A stretch of 63,903 nucleotides of DNA, counting the filler, from Octopus bimaculoides (lineage: Eukaryota): the NCBI RefSeq assembly GCF_001194135.2. It is 5 parts of 4 records of this genome, joined end to end, with 100 filler letters (N's around TTAATTAATTAA, not from the genome) between each part and the next. Parts side by side here need not be neighbours in the genome. Positions count along the whole stretch, not along the records: positions 1 to 26,846 come from NC_068981.1; 4 more parts are not named here. One strand, given 5' to 3'. Position 1 is the stretch's first letter. The number at the start of each line of letters is the position of its first letter. Shown here in pieces: positions 12,601 to 25,356 of the stretch. The translations under genes were made by a program, and so were the position numbers. The notes under the pieces are model-generated. The model was not told the origin of the DNA, made no database searches, and was given only the letters and a program-made list of their open reading frames with translations.

Positions 12601-13830
12601 TACTGATACTTCAGGAGGAATACACAAAACTTTTCTTTTGAATTTGCTACAAAAAATCGCCAAATTATTCTTACTGCAACTTCCTTGTGTATTGCTGCTA
12701 ACCTTTTGAAAAACACTGACGGACTCACTTCAAATTTCCTATTCCTTTTAAAATAAAACTGTTGTATATCTCTTCATTATAGAACAGGTTACCTTCTGCG
12801 CGATGATCAACTTTGTGTTGGACGAAGCCCCAGCGTGCAACTGGACATCGTCTCGAGGCTTTGAGATGATGTCGGATGCTTTAAGATTTAATGATCAATG
12901 AGCAATTTGTTGGAAGAAAATTGTTACTCCTCGGTAGAGATTTCGGCAGTTTCACCCAGTAATCCAAAAAGCTTAACGATTTTCGGTAATTGTTGCATGG
13001 ATGAAAACGTTTTCCTTTTGGAATCAATGCGAAGTTTTGCATACCCAAACAAATATGTGAGTTCTCAATTGTTTGAACAACGGTGATTTTACTGCATTTA
13101 GTCGGATAAACCACCATACATACTGGTTCGTTGACTTACAAAAATTAAGAACGTAATTCTTGGAGAACTATTATGACAACAAAAACGGTGAACGGTGAGG
13201 TTAATCAACTAACTGATGAAATGAATAAACTTCCTGGAAATGTGATTATCCTAAGATGCGTGGCCGAAGAAAATCAAATTGGTCTTTATCTCACAAAAAT
13301 TTTCACTTCACTAATTATAGATAATCTACTTTATCGCATCATCAAAATCAAGATAAGGACTCCAGTAATGCTTCTCCGAAAGTTAAACTACAGTTGTCAC
13401 CAAATTGCTACTACAATGGTCCTCGATATACGCCTCTTCAAACTACAAACAATTTGACTGCTATTGAACTTAGCAGCATTGATACTACAAGGGCCCTAAC
13501 GATACCTCAGGTCTCTCTTGAGTCGTCTGACACTGATTTACCAATCATTTTACAAAGGTTGCAATCAGTACATTTCCTATAAAACCTGCTTTTGTTTTGT
13601 CGATATGAGTGAAAGATTAAGTTTAAAGAGATGCTGATTGTATTTATCGAGTCTAGTGTTCACATAGTGGCTTTAACATGTTTCTATCAGTTGAATGGGT
13701 AATCTAACAAACCTCAGAATATTTGCAAATCAAAGAGACGTCAAGCACATAACCAGAAAGACATAACCCAATGGTGAATACTGAACATTGACTAGGAGTG
13801 TTGTTTATGAGGAATTCATCTAAGTAAATG
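9700..13830 (+). mobile_element. Helitron relic: Rep (HUH) plus PIF1-like SF1 helicase pseudo-ORF, heavily frameshifted
   Basis: Helitron motifs appear in canonical order: FAICCKSGLIRIP (about 10400); RNIHKRNSA..M.S; RIHGGAYR; VDEYSKVQSACLSYMRNNQWVLRAD (about 10980-11055); degenerate motif 2 DFRK..LPHT (about 11182-11212); YDSVKKHTIHGPCGEQNANLPCM (about 11330-11398); motif 3 AVKYSYKYTFTG (11609-11644); Walker A TDTSGGIHKTFLLNLL (about 12602); FVLDEAP (about 12812); GRKLLLLGRDF (about 12911); IKIRTPVMLLRKLN (about 13345); IPQVSLESSDTDLPIILQRLQ (about 13501); terminal TRSVVYEEFI* (about 13790-13825). Confidence 0.92.
9810..10160 (+). repeat. Degenerate 69-bp (23-codon) tandem repeat, about 5 units, at the Helitron ORF 5' end
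   Basis: Units read ERLSQKQSQRILTQNTVRHR*VR / ERHSHEQCKHIL... / QLSQRQHNRILAQNVEYD*ESKQ / QLS*EQ*KRILTQNVE.... The DNA motifs caacaactttct and caaaatgttgaa recur at about 69-bp spacing. Confidence 0.7.
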
Positions 13831-15589
13831 TAAATATTGCATAATGTATAACATTGACTTTACAGAATATAAAATAAAATGTTTTAAAAATAAACATTTT
13901 TAGTCACACAATATTAAAAGATTATCTATTAAGCTTTCACTGAGAAGAAAACTTAAGATTAAATGTATTACCTAATATAATATCTTTCTTTCCGAAAATG
14001 AAAATGGAAGTAAAGTTTCTAATTCTGTCAATGACTGTTTGTGTTTAAAGTCGATACATTAATTATTAAAGGTAAACTTTTAAGTAGACAATTAAAATTT
14101 AAACTTTGGCTTTTAGCCGTAAATAAAGCGACAAGTATCAAATAAACTATTATAAAAGAGAAGCAAGTATTGAACAGATATAAAACTACTGATGAAAGTG
14201 TAAGAGTAATTAGCAACCATCGACTTTTTATAAAGTCTATCTACTTTGTAACTATATTTCCGGCTGAAGAAATTTCATTTCTAATCCTTAATATTCTTAA
14301 AAGAATGACTGAATGTCACGCAATTATCCTCATTTCTTTCTCTTTACTTATTGGCCATAATTCTTGAGGTTTTGTAAGAAAATCAATTTTCATCTCAGTT
14401 TAAATAAAGAACGAATCAGATGGATTAATAAATAGTTGCAGTGTAACACGAACGCAAGACCGAGATCCTAGTTTTTATACAAATTTTCAAACAACTTTCG
14501 ACTACAAATTTTATCTAAATTGTAATTTGTGCAAGTCTTATGAACTAGTTTCAAAACAACCTCAATATTGATTGTCGGCAAATATCAAATTTACATGCTG
14601 TTGGTCACGAAATTTTAAAGAAATCTTAGCCATCTTGACACAGTGATTATCAAATATTTTATTTTTATCTGTTTCTCCCAACATAAATTTCTTCTTCAGG
14701 CAATAAACTAGTAGAACAAACAAAAAGAAGTTATTTAAAAAACACGATACGCAACATTTTAGTGAAACAAGTCAGCAAAATTGGTTATTAGCTATCAGCC
14801 TGGAATTAACTAAACAACATAGTTTTATAGTGAAATGGAAACTGATTTCTGAGATAGACACCTAGATTTAGCTTAGGAGAAAACATGAGTGTGTGACATT
14901 TATCAATTTCTCAAGTGCTTTATCCTGCTAGGCGAAGTGGAATAATTTTAATCAGAGATCGGAACTGAATAAAGAACTCTTGGAAATTTCACCAGGAGGT
15001 ATTAGCAATAATTTTTTTCCAATTTTCAAAGTGTGCAACTCTACATTTCTAAACAGTAGACCAGCTTTCGTTTTCAAAGACTACATAAATGTAGTAGTAG
15101 GTGTAAAGAAGTGTAATGTTCATGCCTTTCCGCAAAGTATTAATAGTGCCGGAAAACCAGAATAAGCTTGAAGTGGGAATTAAAACGACAGAGTGGTTTC
15201 AATATATTTTACATCTTTATAATAAATATTTGTCATCCTAATATGAAATGAGATAGATACCCTCTGCAAGAAGCCGAATACTCGAGAAAAGCTTATTTTT
15301 GCATGTGTTGAGCACCTTTTTCTTTCGTTTGTCCATCAACTCATATGAGAAGACGTGAAAAAATTGTAAAAAAAGTATTGAGGTGAAAATGGTGTAATAT
15401 TGTGTACGGGATTCGAACGTTTTGTCAGCTATAGACCATGTGGTTGCAATGAAAACAACACCAAAGTTATATAATGACACTGACCGTCCAAATTAAGAAA
15501 CTTCAACAAACTAGCTCAGATTACATAACAGTGGCTTGTCAACGGGAACTACAGTGAACATATTATCAAGTTATATATGTTTGTGTGCA

Positions 15590-15730
15590 TTCAAATCTTG
15601 TGCCTAAAATAGAATGTCACGACGGGATTCCACAAATTTTCTATACGAAATTTCCACTCACAAATTATTTTGACAAATAAAGGTAGCAAGCAATTAACGA
15701 AAAACACGAGGACTGCGTTCGAGCCACAGA
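15590..15730 (-). mobile_element. SINE family B head remnant, very diverged
   Basis: cacgacgggattcc...tttccactcacaa and gactgcgttcgagccacaga resemble the family B head at 44338-44507. Confidence 0.4.
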
Positions 15731-16474
15731 CATGTATTTCTGGAATTAGCTACTTCGCGAGTGTTCGATTGGAATTAGCTGTTTTCTTTCTTTCTTTTTT
15801 TTTCAATTTATATTCATCCGACTTTAAATTGTTGAACGAATAGAAAAACAAATCTCTCATTTTAACAATACATTCCACAAAACAACTAAATATTGATTTG
15901 AAATGCTGTAAACTAGAATTTAAAGTCGATTTAATGAAGTAACAGCATAAACAATAGCCATATAAAGAAATAAAGAGATTTAATCCCTTACGTTATTGGT
16001 GAAGGGCGGGTGAATTCAGTTGTTTTTGTGTGTATATTAGCTGTGAAAGAAGCACTAGATTATGCGCTTGTTAATTTTTTACGATGCAAATGGAACATTT
16101 TTCTAACACGCCGAAGGCAAGGATTTAAATTTATGTGAAAAGAAATAGTTTTTCTGAAAGTATATGTGTATGTATGTACTATAATTGCACTGGAAATACG
16201 TAACAACACGCATTCATATATATATACATATATATATGTTTGTGTGTGTGTGTGTAAATAAATATGCATATAATTGTGTGCACGTGTGTGTGCCTGTACG
16301 TGCGTCTCTGTGTATGCACCTGCGCTTCTGTAGAAGGATTCATATTTTCCTTTTGTATTTAAGTAATCTATAAATTTTTTTGTCATATTTTTATACAATT
16401 TCTTTTATAGACTTAAATTCCCCCTTTACTATTTTGTTGCGAGCAGCTTTCTGTATACAACGATATATAATAAG

Positions 16475-16535
<61 letters not shown>

Positions 16536-16565
16536 ATATATATATATATATATCTATATATATAT
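16475..16565. repeat. (TATC)n followed by (TA)n microsatellite
   Basis: Directly visible, about 15 TATC units. Confidence 0.95.
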
Positions 16566-16889
16566 AGTTACGTATCTTTGTGTACGTTATAGTAAAATTT
16601 TATCAAATCACAATGGAATATTCATTGTTCGAAAAGTGTATGAGACCCTATGTGTTTGTGTGTTTGTGTGTGTGTGCGTGTGTGTGTGGGCGTGTGTGTG
16701 TGTGTGCGTGTGTGTGTGGGCGTATGTGTGTGTGTGCGTGTGTGTGCCTGTGTCTATATGTGTGAGTGTATGTATGACTAATAACTAACCCTCACTCGTA
16801 AGCAAATATGACCTGAAAATTTTACTGTTTTCGATAATGGCCATTACCTATATAGTAGCGAGCTGACATCGAAACAGCCTCGGCAACAT

Positions 16890-17100
16890 CTGCCCTTCAC
16901 CCAACAGAGTATCGAAGATGTGATAATTAGATGGAGGGAGTCTTTCTTGTAACAGGTGTCAGCTGATGTTCATTTTCAACTGAGTAGTCGAGAGAAACAT
17001 GAAATGATGTACCTTGCTTAATGACACAAGCTACTCTTTCAAAAATGGACCTATGGCATCATGGCTCTGAACCCAATACCTTATCCATAAGGCTAGATAT
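16890..17100 (-). mobile_element. SINE family D remnant
   Basis: cattttcaactgagtagtcgagagaaacatgaaatgatgtaccttgcttaatgacacaa is a diverged reverse complement of the core at 62997-63056 (gttcttgagcaaaacacttcatttcacgttgctccagtccactcagctgg.aaaaatg). Confidence 0.55.
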
Positions 17101-17259
17101 CACGTCTACGGAATTTGTTTTATGTTTGTAATGAAGGAAATGTACTTAAGGTAACACCTTGAATAAGTTTCTTTTATTCAAACTTGAGAGAAGTTCTTGA
17201 CACAATCATTTGTGTCGGAAGCCAATAGGCAATCACATGGCGTTTGTCTGTAGATGCTT

Positions 17260-17500
17260 AACTCTAAAGAGATTTAATAGGGAACACTCAGAGTTTGTAT
17301 GTAGCCAATAGGGGACATGTACATTCACTCAGCCACCCCAGTCTTGATGCGGCGGAATACAGCGGATGTGACGGCTGAAAAGAGTGACTTCATCTGACAC
17401 TGACTTCATCTGAATAAAATGGAGCAATGTGAAATGTAATGCTCAAGGATACAACGCCCCACCTGGCCCAGGTATCGAACTCTTTGACCTTCCTATCGTG
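17260..17500 (-). mobile_element. tRNA-derived SINE (family D-like)
   Basis: B-box GTTCGATACC on the minus strand (plus ggtatcgaac at about 17471). ggagcaatgtgaaatgtaatgctcaaggatacaacg matches the family D post-tRNA module. Confidence 0.6.
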
Positions 17501-17503
17501 CAG

Positions 17504-17545
<42 letters not shown>

Positions 17546-18186
17546 NNNNNNNNNNNNNNNNNNNNNNNNNNNNNNNNNNNNNNNNNNNNNNNNNNNNNNN
17601 NNNNNNNNNNNNNNNNNNNNNNNNNNNNNNNNNNNNNNNNNNNNNNNNNNNNNNNNNNNNNNNNNNNNNNNNNNNNNNNNNNNNNNNNNNNNNNNNNNNN
17701 NNNNNNNNNNNNNNNNNNNNNNNNNNNNNNNNNNNNNNNNNNNNNNNNNNNNNNNNNNNNNNNNNNNNNNNNNNNNNNNNNNNNNNNNNNNNNNNNNNNN
17801 NNNNNNNNNNNNNNNNNNNNNNNNNNNNNNNNNNNNNNNNNNNNNNNNNNNNNNNNNNNNNNNNNNNNNNNNNNNNNNNNNNNNNNNNNNNNNNNNNNNN
17901 NNNNNNNNNNNNNNNNNNNNNNNNNNNNNNNNNNNNNNNNNNNNNNNNNNNNNNNNNNNNNNNNNNNNNNNNNNNNNNNNNNNNNNNNNNNNNNNNNNNN
18001 NNNNNNNNNNNNNNNNNNNNNNNNNNNNNNNNNNNNNNNNNNNNNNNNNNNNNNNNNNNNNNNNNNNNNNNNNNNNNNNNNNNNNNNNNNNNNNNNNNNN
18101 NNNNNNNNNNNNNNNNNNNNNNNNNNNNNNNNNNNNNNNNNNNNNNNNNNNNNNNNNNNNNNNNNNNNNNNNNNNNNNNNNNNNNN

Positions 18187-18231
<45 letters not shown>

Positions 18232-18985
18232 CAAATTATATTTTCTTCGTGTTCATTTTGGGATTCTTTAACGACAATGTAACCTTCATATAATTAATTA
18301 TCTTCGGCCTGATTAGTAGCTAGCTGAGTACCCTTCGTTGAGTAATTAGAGGATCTGCCAGTTACAAAAAATATGTAGCCTGGATTTTACCTGCTCCACT
18401 TCCTCAATTTTGATATATATATATATTCTTTTATTCTTCAATACGTTGCAGACCTTCGGCTTCTGGTAAGTTTTATTCATACTAGGGAGAAACACAAATG
18501 AAATTGCAAATGAACTTGAAGTCACTATGCATATTAATTTTAATTGCTTTCACCAGGTTACCAATTTCATGCTTTTCCAAAGCAGAGTGAAAGTGAGAGG
18601 TGTGGTGCTGTGAAGCAGCTGTCTTACCCGTGACCGGAACTCTCAGAAGTGAAGTAGATACGACGTCACTCCATATTCCTTCATCTCATGTTCTAATTCA
18701 TGAAATTGTGAAACCGGTTAATTTAACGTATATAAATGAACTTAACACTCAATGTATATTCAGCTTCATTTCTTCATATGCGTGTGTGTACAAGTGAGTG
18801 TGTTTGCGTCTCTGTTTGTGTATTACATACATATATATAAATATATGCACATGGGTAGTTACATATGTATGAGTATATTTGTGTACATATGCATAGAAGT
18901 ATGTATACAATTATATGCTCTCTATATATGCATTTTCTATTTGTGTGACCATCTTTCTCCCTCCCTCTCTCTCTCTTTCCCGCTT

Positions 18986-19018
<33 letters not shown>

Positions 19019-20467
19019 CAGGCACGTGCTGTCAGTAATTAATCAGGGTAGGCAGTTTATGGCATTTATGTAGTAAAACATACAAAAAAATAATAAGCGA
19101 AACACACTGCCGTAAAAAAACATGGTTGTAGGAATGTACGTAGCACGTGTACTACAGCAGTAGTATGCATAGCTTAAATACTGAGATTAGAAAAACTCTA
19201 CTCTGTAGTCTACCGAAGTGCTATTTCTTGTTTGTATCGTTTCTATCTCTACTATATTGGCCTCTGTTCCTTGGAATCGGCCGATCTCTCCTTAGGTATT
19301 ATTGCCTCATTCATCTCTCATTCATTGTGCCTTTACCCAGCAGCCGGCTCCTTAGTAATCTTTCCTTCTCAGACGAATGAATAACTACAGTTACTTCCTT
19401 GCACAAATCTTTCCTGTAGTCATTGATTTGCATCATTTTAATTGGTACATTTTGACATCAATCTTGCTACACTCAGAGGGTGCGCGAATGTCATGGGCAC
19501 TTCCCCCTAGACAAAACTAATAAAAAAGAAACCAAATCGATGGGCAATTCTGAATATTAGCATGAAAGACCAAATAAGCAACTGAAAGTTTCACTACATT
19601 CTCTGGATAATTTCAAATGAAGGTTTTATGACGATTTTCTACGCGTAGTCATAACTATTCTCCTCACTGTCATATTGCAGTTCTTACTTTTCTCGACGGT
19701 TTACTGATCAAGAAATACCAACCAGCGTTTTTATTTTCTGGCGTATGTATATCTACAGATTTACAGATATCTGCGATTCTCATGACATTTATTGAGGACG
19801 TGAAAGCTCTCTTTCTTTTACCGCTGTTGTTCCCAAACTTCAAACAATGGAATAAATTTTATGCAGTGAGAGAAAAGCCGGAAGTTTTGTCTGAGACCTT
19901 CATCTGAAAGACAAGAAACGTCAACTCATGTTTTTTTAAACTGCATGTTACCTCTCCTTTCTCCTCTTTCATTATTCTCATTTCTCCCTTTTCATTATCT
20001 CCCTTTATCTCCCCCCACCCTCTCTCTTAGTTATTCTAGTTTATATTGCATTCAACCCAAGTTGACATTTTTTCCCCCTTGACGAAGAAATATTGTGCTC
20101 GAAAAGTTAGAATTCTCATCTTTCTCCCGGGTATAAAACTTATTGCACTGTTTGAAATATTTATATTACTATTGGCCAACCGACGCAGGCTGTCTTTAGT
20201 TTCCCCCACGTTCAACTGTTTAACTTTATTAATCTAGTTTTGCCTTCATTTTCTTTGTACGATTGCCAGTTTGCCTTTCTATTCTTATTTATCGTATTTT
20301 ACCACCGATTTCCTCGCCATGGCTATATGCATATATTCATGTATTGATGTAAATTAATATGTATTTTTCTCCTATCAAGTTCAAATTTATCGATTTATTG
20401 ATCCTTTCTGTTGTCTTTTATTAACTATTTTAAGCCAAACAACTGGATTAAGTCAAAATATTCTCTG

Positions 20468-20675
20468 ATGCTGCTGCTGCTGCTACTACTACTACTGCTG
20501 CTGTTGCTGCTGTTGCTGCTGCTGCTGCTGATAATGATGATGTAGCTGCTTATGCTGCTGCAGTCTTACCGCTACTGTCAGTTTTGCTGCTGCTGGTGTT
20601 GCTAACACTACCATTGCAGCAGTTATTGATGGTGGCGGTGGCGGTAGCAGCGGCGGTGGTGGTGGTGGTGGTGTT
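20468..20675. repeat. Compound trinucleotide microsatellite (GCT/ACT/GGT)
   Basis: Directly visible. It explains the Thr/Ala-rich ORF at 20550-20780. Confidence 0.9.
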
Positions 20676-22459
20676 GGCAGTGGAAGTGTTTAGAGTTGAA
20701 AGAGAAGCTGCCTTTGAGGTTAGTCTATAAATACGCTTGTTAGCCAATGACAGGACTAAAAGACTTTGTTGATTCAACACTGCAGTTCTTCTTTTGGGCT
20801 TGAGTAGTAAACAAATTCATATTTTTCGCTCTTCAATAAGGTGTATATTTGTGTTTGTGTTGTGTGTATCCCTATGTGTGTACGTATGTATGTATGTATG
20901 TATGTATGTATGTATGTATGTATGTATGTATGTATATATGTAAGTATGTATGTATGTATGTATATATGTATGTATGTATGTATGTGTATGCGTGCGTGCG
21001 TGTATGTTTGTGTGTGTGCTAGGAATCTGTATATGTGTGTTTCGGGCGTGTGCATGTATTCATAGGTGATTAAGGAGAGTGCGTGCATGTAAAAAAGACA
21101 CATTACAAAGAAGTAGATTGTGAAAGGAGTGAGTGAGCATAAGAAACACTCAGAAAGAGGGAGAAATAGATGTAAAGAGAGGGAAGAGGAGAAAGAGAGG
21201 AAGAGAGAGGAAGGGGAAAGAGTTAGAGTGATAGAGACAGAGACAGACCGACAGGCAAACAGACAGACAGACAAATTAAGTGAGCAAAGGCAATAAATAA
21301 ATGAATAAATACATAAATGGTAGCGTAAGGGTTATTTGATTTGAAACAGTGAAAACTAAACAGGTTAAAAGTAAGAAGAAATCGCGAAAAAGTGTGACAG
21401 TAGTAATAAATAGGATGGCGTTAATGAGAATTTAAGTAATTGGTTGAGACGGTAGACATATTTCATTTGCAATTTCTTCATGTTCTGGTAAAGAAAAATA
21501 AATATCCAGTTTTCATCCGTACACACTTCGACTGAAATTAAGGAAGACCTGAAAAGAATTAATTGAGTTTGCTACGAGGAAAGTGAGACAAGAAAATTCA
21601 AAGAACTAATCTTTGGTGATGCGACAGTGCCAATAATAATGAACAGAGAGAAAGAGAGAAGGGCAGAGAAAGAGAGAGAAGGGGTATAGATATGAAGTCA
21701 TAGAATAATTGATCAGATGAAAGGAAATGAGATCAACTGAGTTGTAAGATCGTCTAATGTAAGAGATAAATGTCCCTTAAGAATTCCCTGTCACTCTTAA
21801 TGTGAGTTACAATTATAAATACACAATGTCCATGATAGAGGCAGACGATAAATATTATATATTAGTTGCTGACGAAGAGTCATTTTGGTCAGTCAACTTT
21901 GATCGAGGAAGCCTACGACAATGGAAGCTGATCAAAAGTAGCATTCGTTTGGAGCTAGTATTCAGGATAATTTACTTTGTATTGTGGTCAATGCTATGGA
22001 ATATTCTAGTAACTCAAATGAAACGAACAGAAATGGCACACAAAAAGTAAAATATAAAAATACCTACGATGCACTACGAAATTGTAAGCACGAAGACAAA
22101 TGCTGTTGTACGTGTCTATTTGTTTTGTTAAAGTCAAACATACACATATAATCCATAAAAAAAAAACATAAACATAAAACCGCTTTAATATCTGAAGGAT
22201 TTTTGAAATTTCGGAAGCAGTATTATATGATCTGATTTCAAATTAGCATGAAATATATCTAGAGCCATGTAAAATATGATCAAAAAATACATGGAAGCAG
22301 TAGAGCAATTAGAGCCACTCATTCTTTTCTCGTTTTTCTTCGGTAACTTCTGTTTTTAATTCTTTGTATTTTGATTTAATATCCTTTTTCGTATTTCTTA
22401 ATTTCTTAAATTTAATTTATGCTATCATGTAATTAGGATTTTAGCTTACAACTTCAAAG

Positions 22460-22511
22460 CAATATATCTCAGTTCTCAATATATCTCAGTTCTCAATATA
22501 TCTCACGTTCT
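22460..22511 (+). repeat. 17-bp tandem repeat x3 (caatatatctcagttct)
   Basis: Two perfect units and one variant unit, directly visible. Confidence 0.9.
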
Positions 22512-23339
22512 TGACTGATTAACGCTGGGCTTACACGTTGCACTTTTTAACGCATTTTGTTAATTTCTTGGACGTATATTTCTGCTATGATGGTTTCACC
22601 AGAATTCAAAAATAGGAGTGAGTGAATCCTACTGCCAAAAACCAAACAGACATTGCTCATTTGGTATAATTCTATTTTCGAAATTTCCTGCGCGGAACAC
22701 TGCCGGTTGTCATTGAGAAAACAATATTTTGTAACATAGCATTCCACGATACGAACAACAAACGGAGCATTTCTGTTCCATACAGCGCAAGTTTGACTTC
22801 ATAACAGCTGTTTCTTTTATTGACTGTTATTCTCTTAGCGAGTTACGTGTTTCTCGAGCGCTTTTTTTTTCCAGTGTCGTGCAAATGTTAAACAACTGTT
22901 GAATGGTCAGCTTTTAGGGGGTTATCTTGCAACCTCTCGCATATGTCCGCTTCAATAATGGCCCTAATTCAATTGCAGAAGGTCGTTTGCAGCGTTTCTG
23001 ATTTTCTAGGCTCTTTACACCACTATGGAATTTTTGATATCAGTTTTGAGTTCGTTTCTTGACGAATCTTTGTTTAAATGCTTCTTTATTATGAAAAGCA
23101 GTTCTCGCTGCTATTTTGCATTTCATTTTGAATTCATATAATATAATCACTCATATTTGCTTTCTTAATCTTTGACAGCCTAAAATAAACAAGAATAAAC
23201 AGTTGAAGCAAAACCATTTGCATAAATCAATAGACCAAATATCAGCGCTTGAAAATAGTATATTACAAGAAGATATTTAAACAAAAGTTTATTCCAATAT
23301 AACATAAACCGCAATTGTTTTTGCACCAATAACCTAATA
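22510..23339 (-). mobile_element. Mariner (Hsmar1/cecropia-like) relic, 5' two-thirds
   Basis: TIR ccgcaattgtttttgcaccaataacctaa+TA at 23309-23339 matches the Hsmar1-type TIR TTAGGTTGGTGCAAAAGTAATTGCGG. Minus-strand translation gives YQKFHSGVKSLENQKRCKRPSAIE, HSTVV*HLHDTGK, DNRQCSAQ and FLNSGETIIAEIYVQEINKMR*KVQRVSPALI. The second TIR was not found. Confidence 0.85.
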
Positions 23340-24088
23340 CTTCAGATCTAGAAAACAACGTATGTTAAGAATATTGACAGCTTGATTGTCTCACTGTTAA
23401 GCCTCTAGTTTTTTCTGTTTTTCTTCATGTATTTAGCTATAATTTCAGTCATTATCTACGCATGTATAGATGCTTTTATACAAAATTATTTTTGGCAGTC
23501 TAATAAAATATTTATCTTTAATTGTTTCCTGAGCTGTGAAATAGTTGAACGTCATGGAATAGTTTGTGTGCATTTTTATATAATGAAAGCTAACACTTAC
23601 AGTTGGATCTATCGTTGTGTTTAAATATGAATTTAGGTTTCCACGAGGGAATTGATAGAATTTGACGGTAGATTAATAATCAATATGCTGATATTAGATT
23701 ATCATAATGAGCTCAAAGGTAAATGTTGAAAGTTGAAGCGGTATACTTCTAGGCATTGGTGCATGACCCAACTCTCTCAGCAATCTAAGCAATCAATCAT
23801 GCAGTAATCGAAACAAATACAAAGGATCATACACACACTGCTTCTGTAGGAATTAGCCTGTGTGTATAGAAGCAAAAACTAGATGAGTTGATAGTGTATA
23901 AAACTTTCACCTGAATAATTAAAAATTCATATTGTGGTGGTTTAATTTACCTAGTAAATACACATCAAAGTTTATGTACGGAGAGGGATAAGAGAGACAC
24001 ATTGCAAAAGATGGGGGAATAGAGTGATGATGATGATGGTTGACACTATGAGAATTGAACCATTACAGAAAGCAATCTAAAAAAAATC

Positions 24089-24560
24089 ATGGCAGGCGTT
24101 AATTGTTGGGAACGCCTCACAAAGATCAAAAGTTATTATTTTTAACGTCACTGTGAGCGCTACATGAACAATGTGGAAAAAATTCTATCAATACAAGTTC
24201 ACAAGTCACCCAAGGCTTGGTCCCAGAGCCATATGCTCTCTACAAAAATCCTACGCGCACTATATAACAACGTTGCGATACATTGTTTTTTTTTTTTTAC
24301 CTCAACTAGTCCTGCCTCATTCAGAATTATTCCTTAAGAAATAAAAGAAAAAGACCCCATTGAATTCAAACAATAACTTGACAAATTCCTCCAGCAAATA
24401 CCAGACAAACCACAGACACCTAGACACATCTAGGCAAGTAACAATTTCTTACATGAGTGGGATATCTCACCCTAAAATGTAACTAAAAAATGACCAGTTG
24501 GTGCTAATATGTCAGGCTTTGGCTTGAGCCAATGGCCGAAAACTATCTAAAGTATAGATA
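24089..24560 (+). mobile_element. CR1-group LINE 3' end, degenerate
   Basis: MAGVNCWERLTKIKSYYF*RHCERY resembles Y.ERL..L.LYSL.RRRER; DPIEFKQ*LDKFLQQIPDKPQTP resembles FK..LD.FL..IPD.P..P of CR1-type C-termini. Confidence 0.75.
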
Positions 24561-25323
24561 TCATATTTAAAGGAATGTTTTTTTTAAACAAAAGGGAATA
24601 TTTTATGAATACCCAGTATAAATTTATCTTATTTAGACTTTGTAAATTTCAGAGTTATTATGCAAAAGTGACAATCACTAGTTTAGTTATGTCTTGTTCC
24701 ACATGCATACAATGTGCACCAGCTGTTTTTCCACGCACGCTCACGCACACTTATACCCTGACAAAGACACACTGACAGAAACTTATATAATTACTTGAAT
24801 AACGTAGGACAATGTATGATATGCATATTACACACAAATACTACATGTCTATATAACCTACAACACAACACACATTCAGAGAGGACACAACCTGACGTAT
24901 ACTGACGCTCATACATATGCACCTTCAATACATACGCAAGGAAATATGTTTAGATGTTTACACAAATTACATGTGTGTGGAAGTGTGTGCATGTTTGTCT
25001 GGCTGCATGACTGTCTGTCTATGAATGTATGTATGTATGTGAATGCTGTATAAATACACGTGTACACATGAGCGTCTATCCGCTTGTATCCATACGCACT
25101 AACTATGCCACAAGAATTTCTTAATTTGAGGAAAATTCTTCTGAGATCAAAGTGGAGGAGTGTCGATGTTCAAGAAAAATGCCCGAGTTTGGGACTAATT
25201 AGCAAATGCTTCCACGTATACAGATATACACATACATAGATATGGGTATGTATGCATGTTTTTATGTGTGTAAATATATATATATGTATGTAAGTATGTT
25301 TGTATGTATGTATACATATACAT

Positions 25324-25356
<33 letters not shown>

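Noticed and set aside
21802-22050. 82-aa ORF with a protein-like look (EADDKYYILVADEESFWSVNFDRGSL...)
   Set aside because: GTG start, no recognisable motif and no convincing splice sites; consistent with chance.
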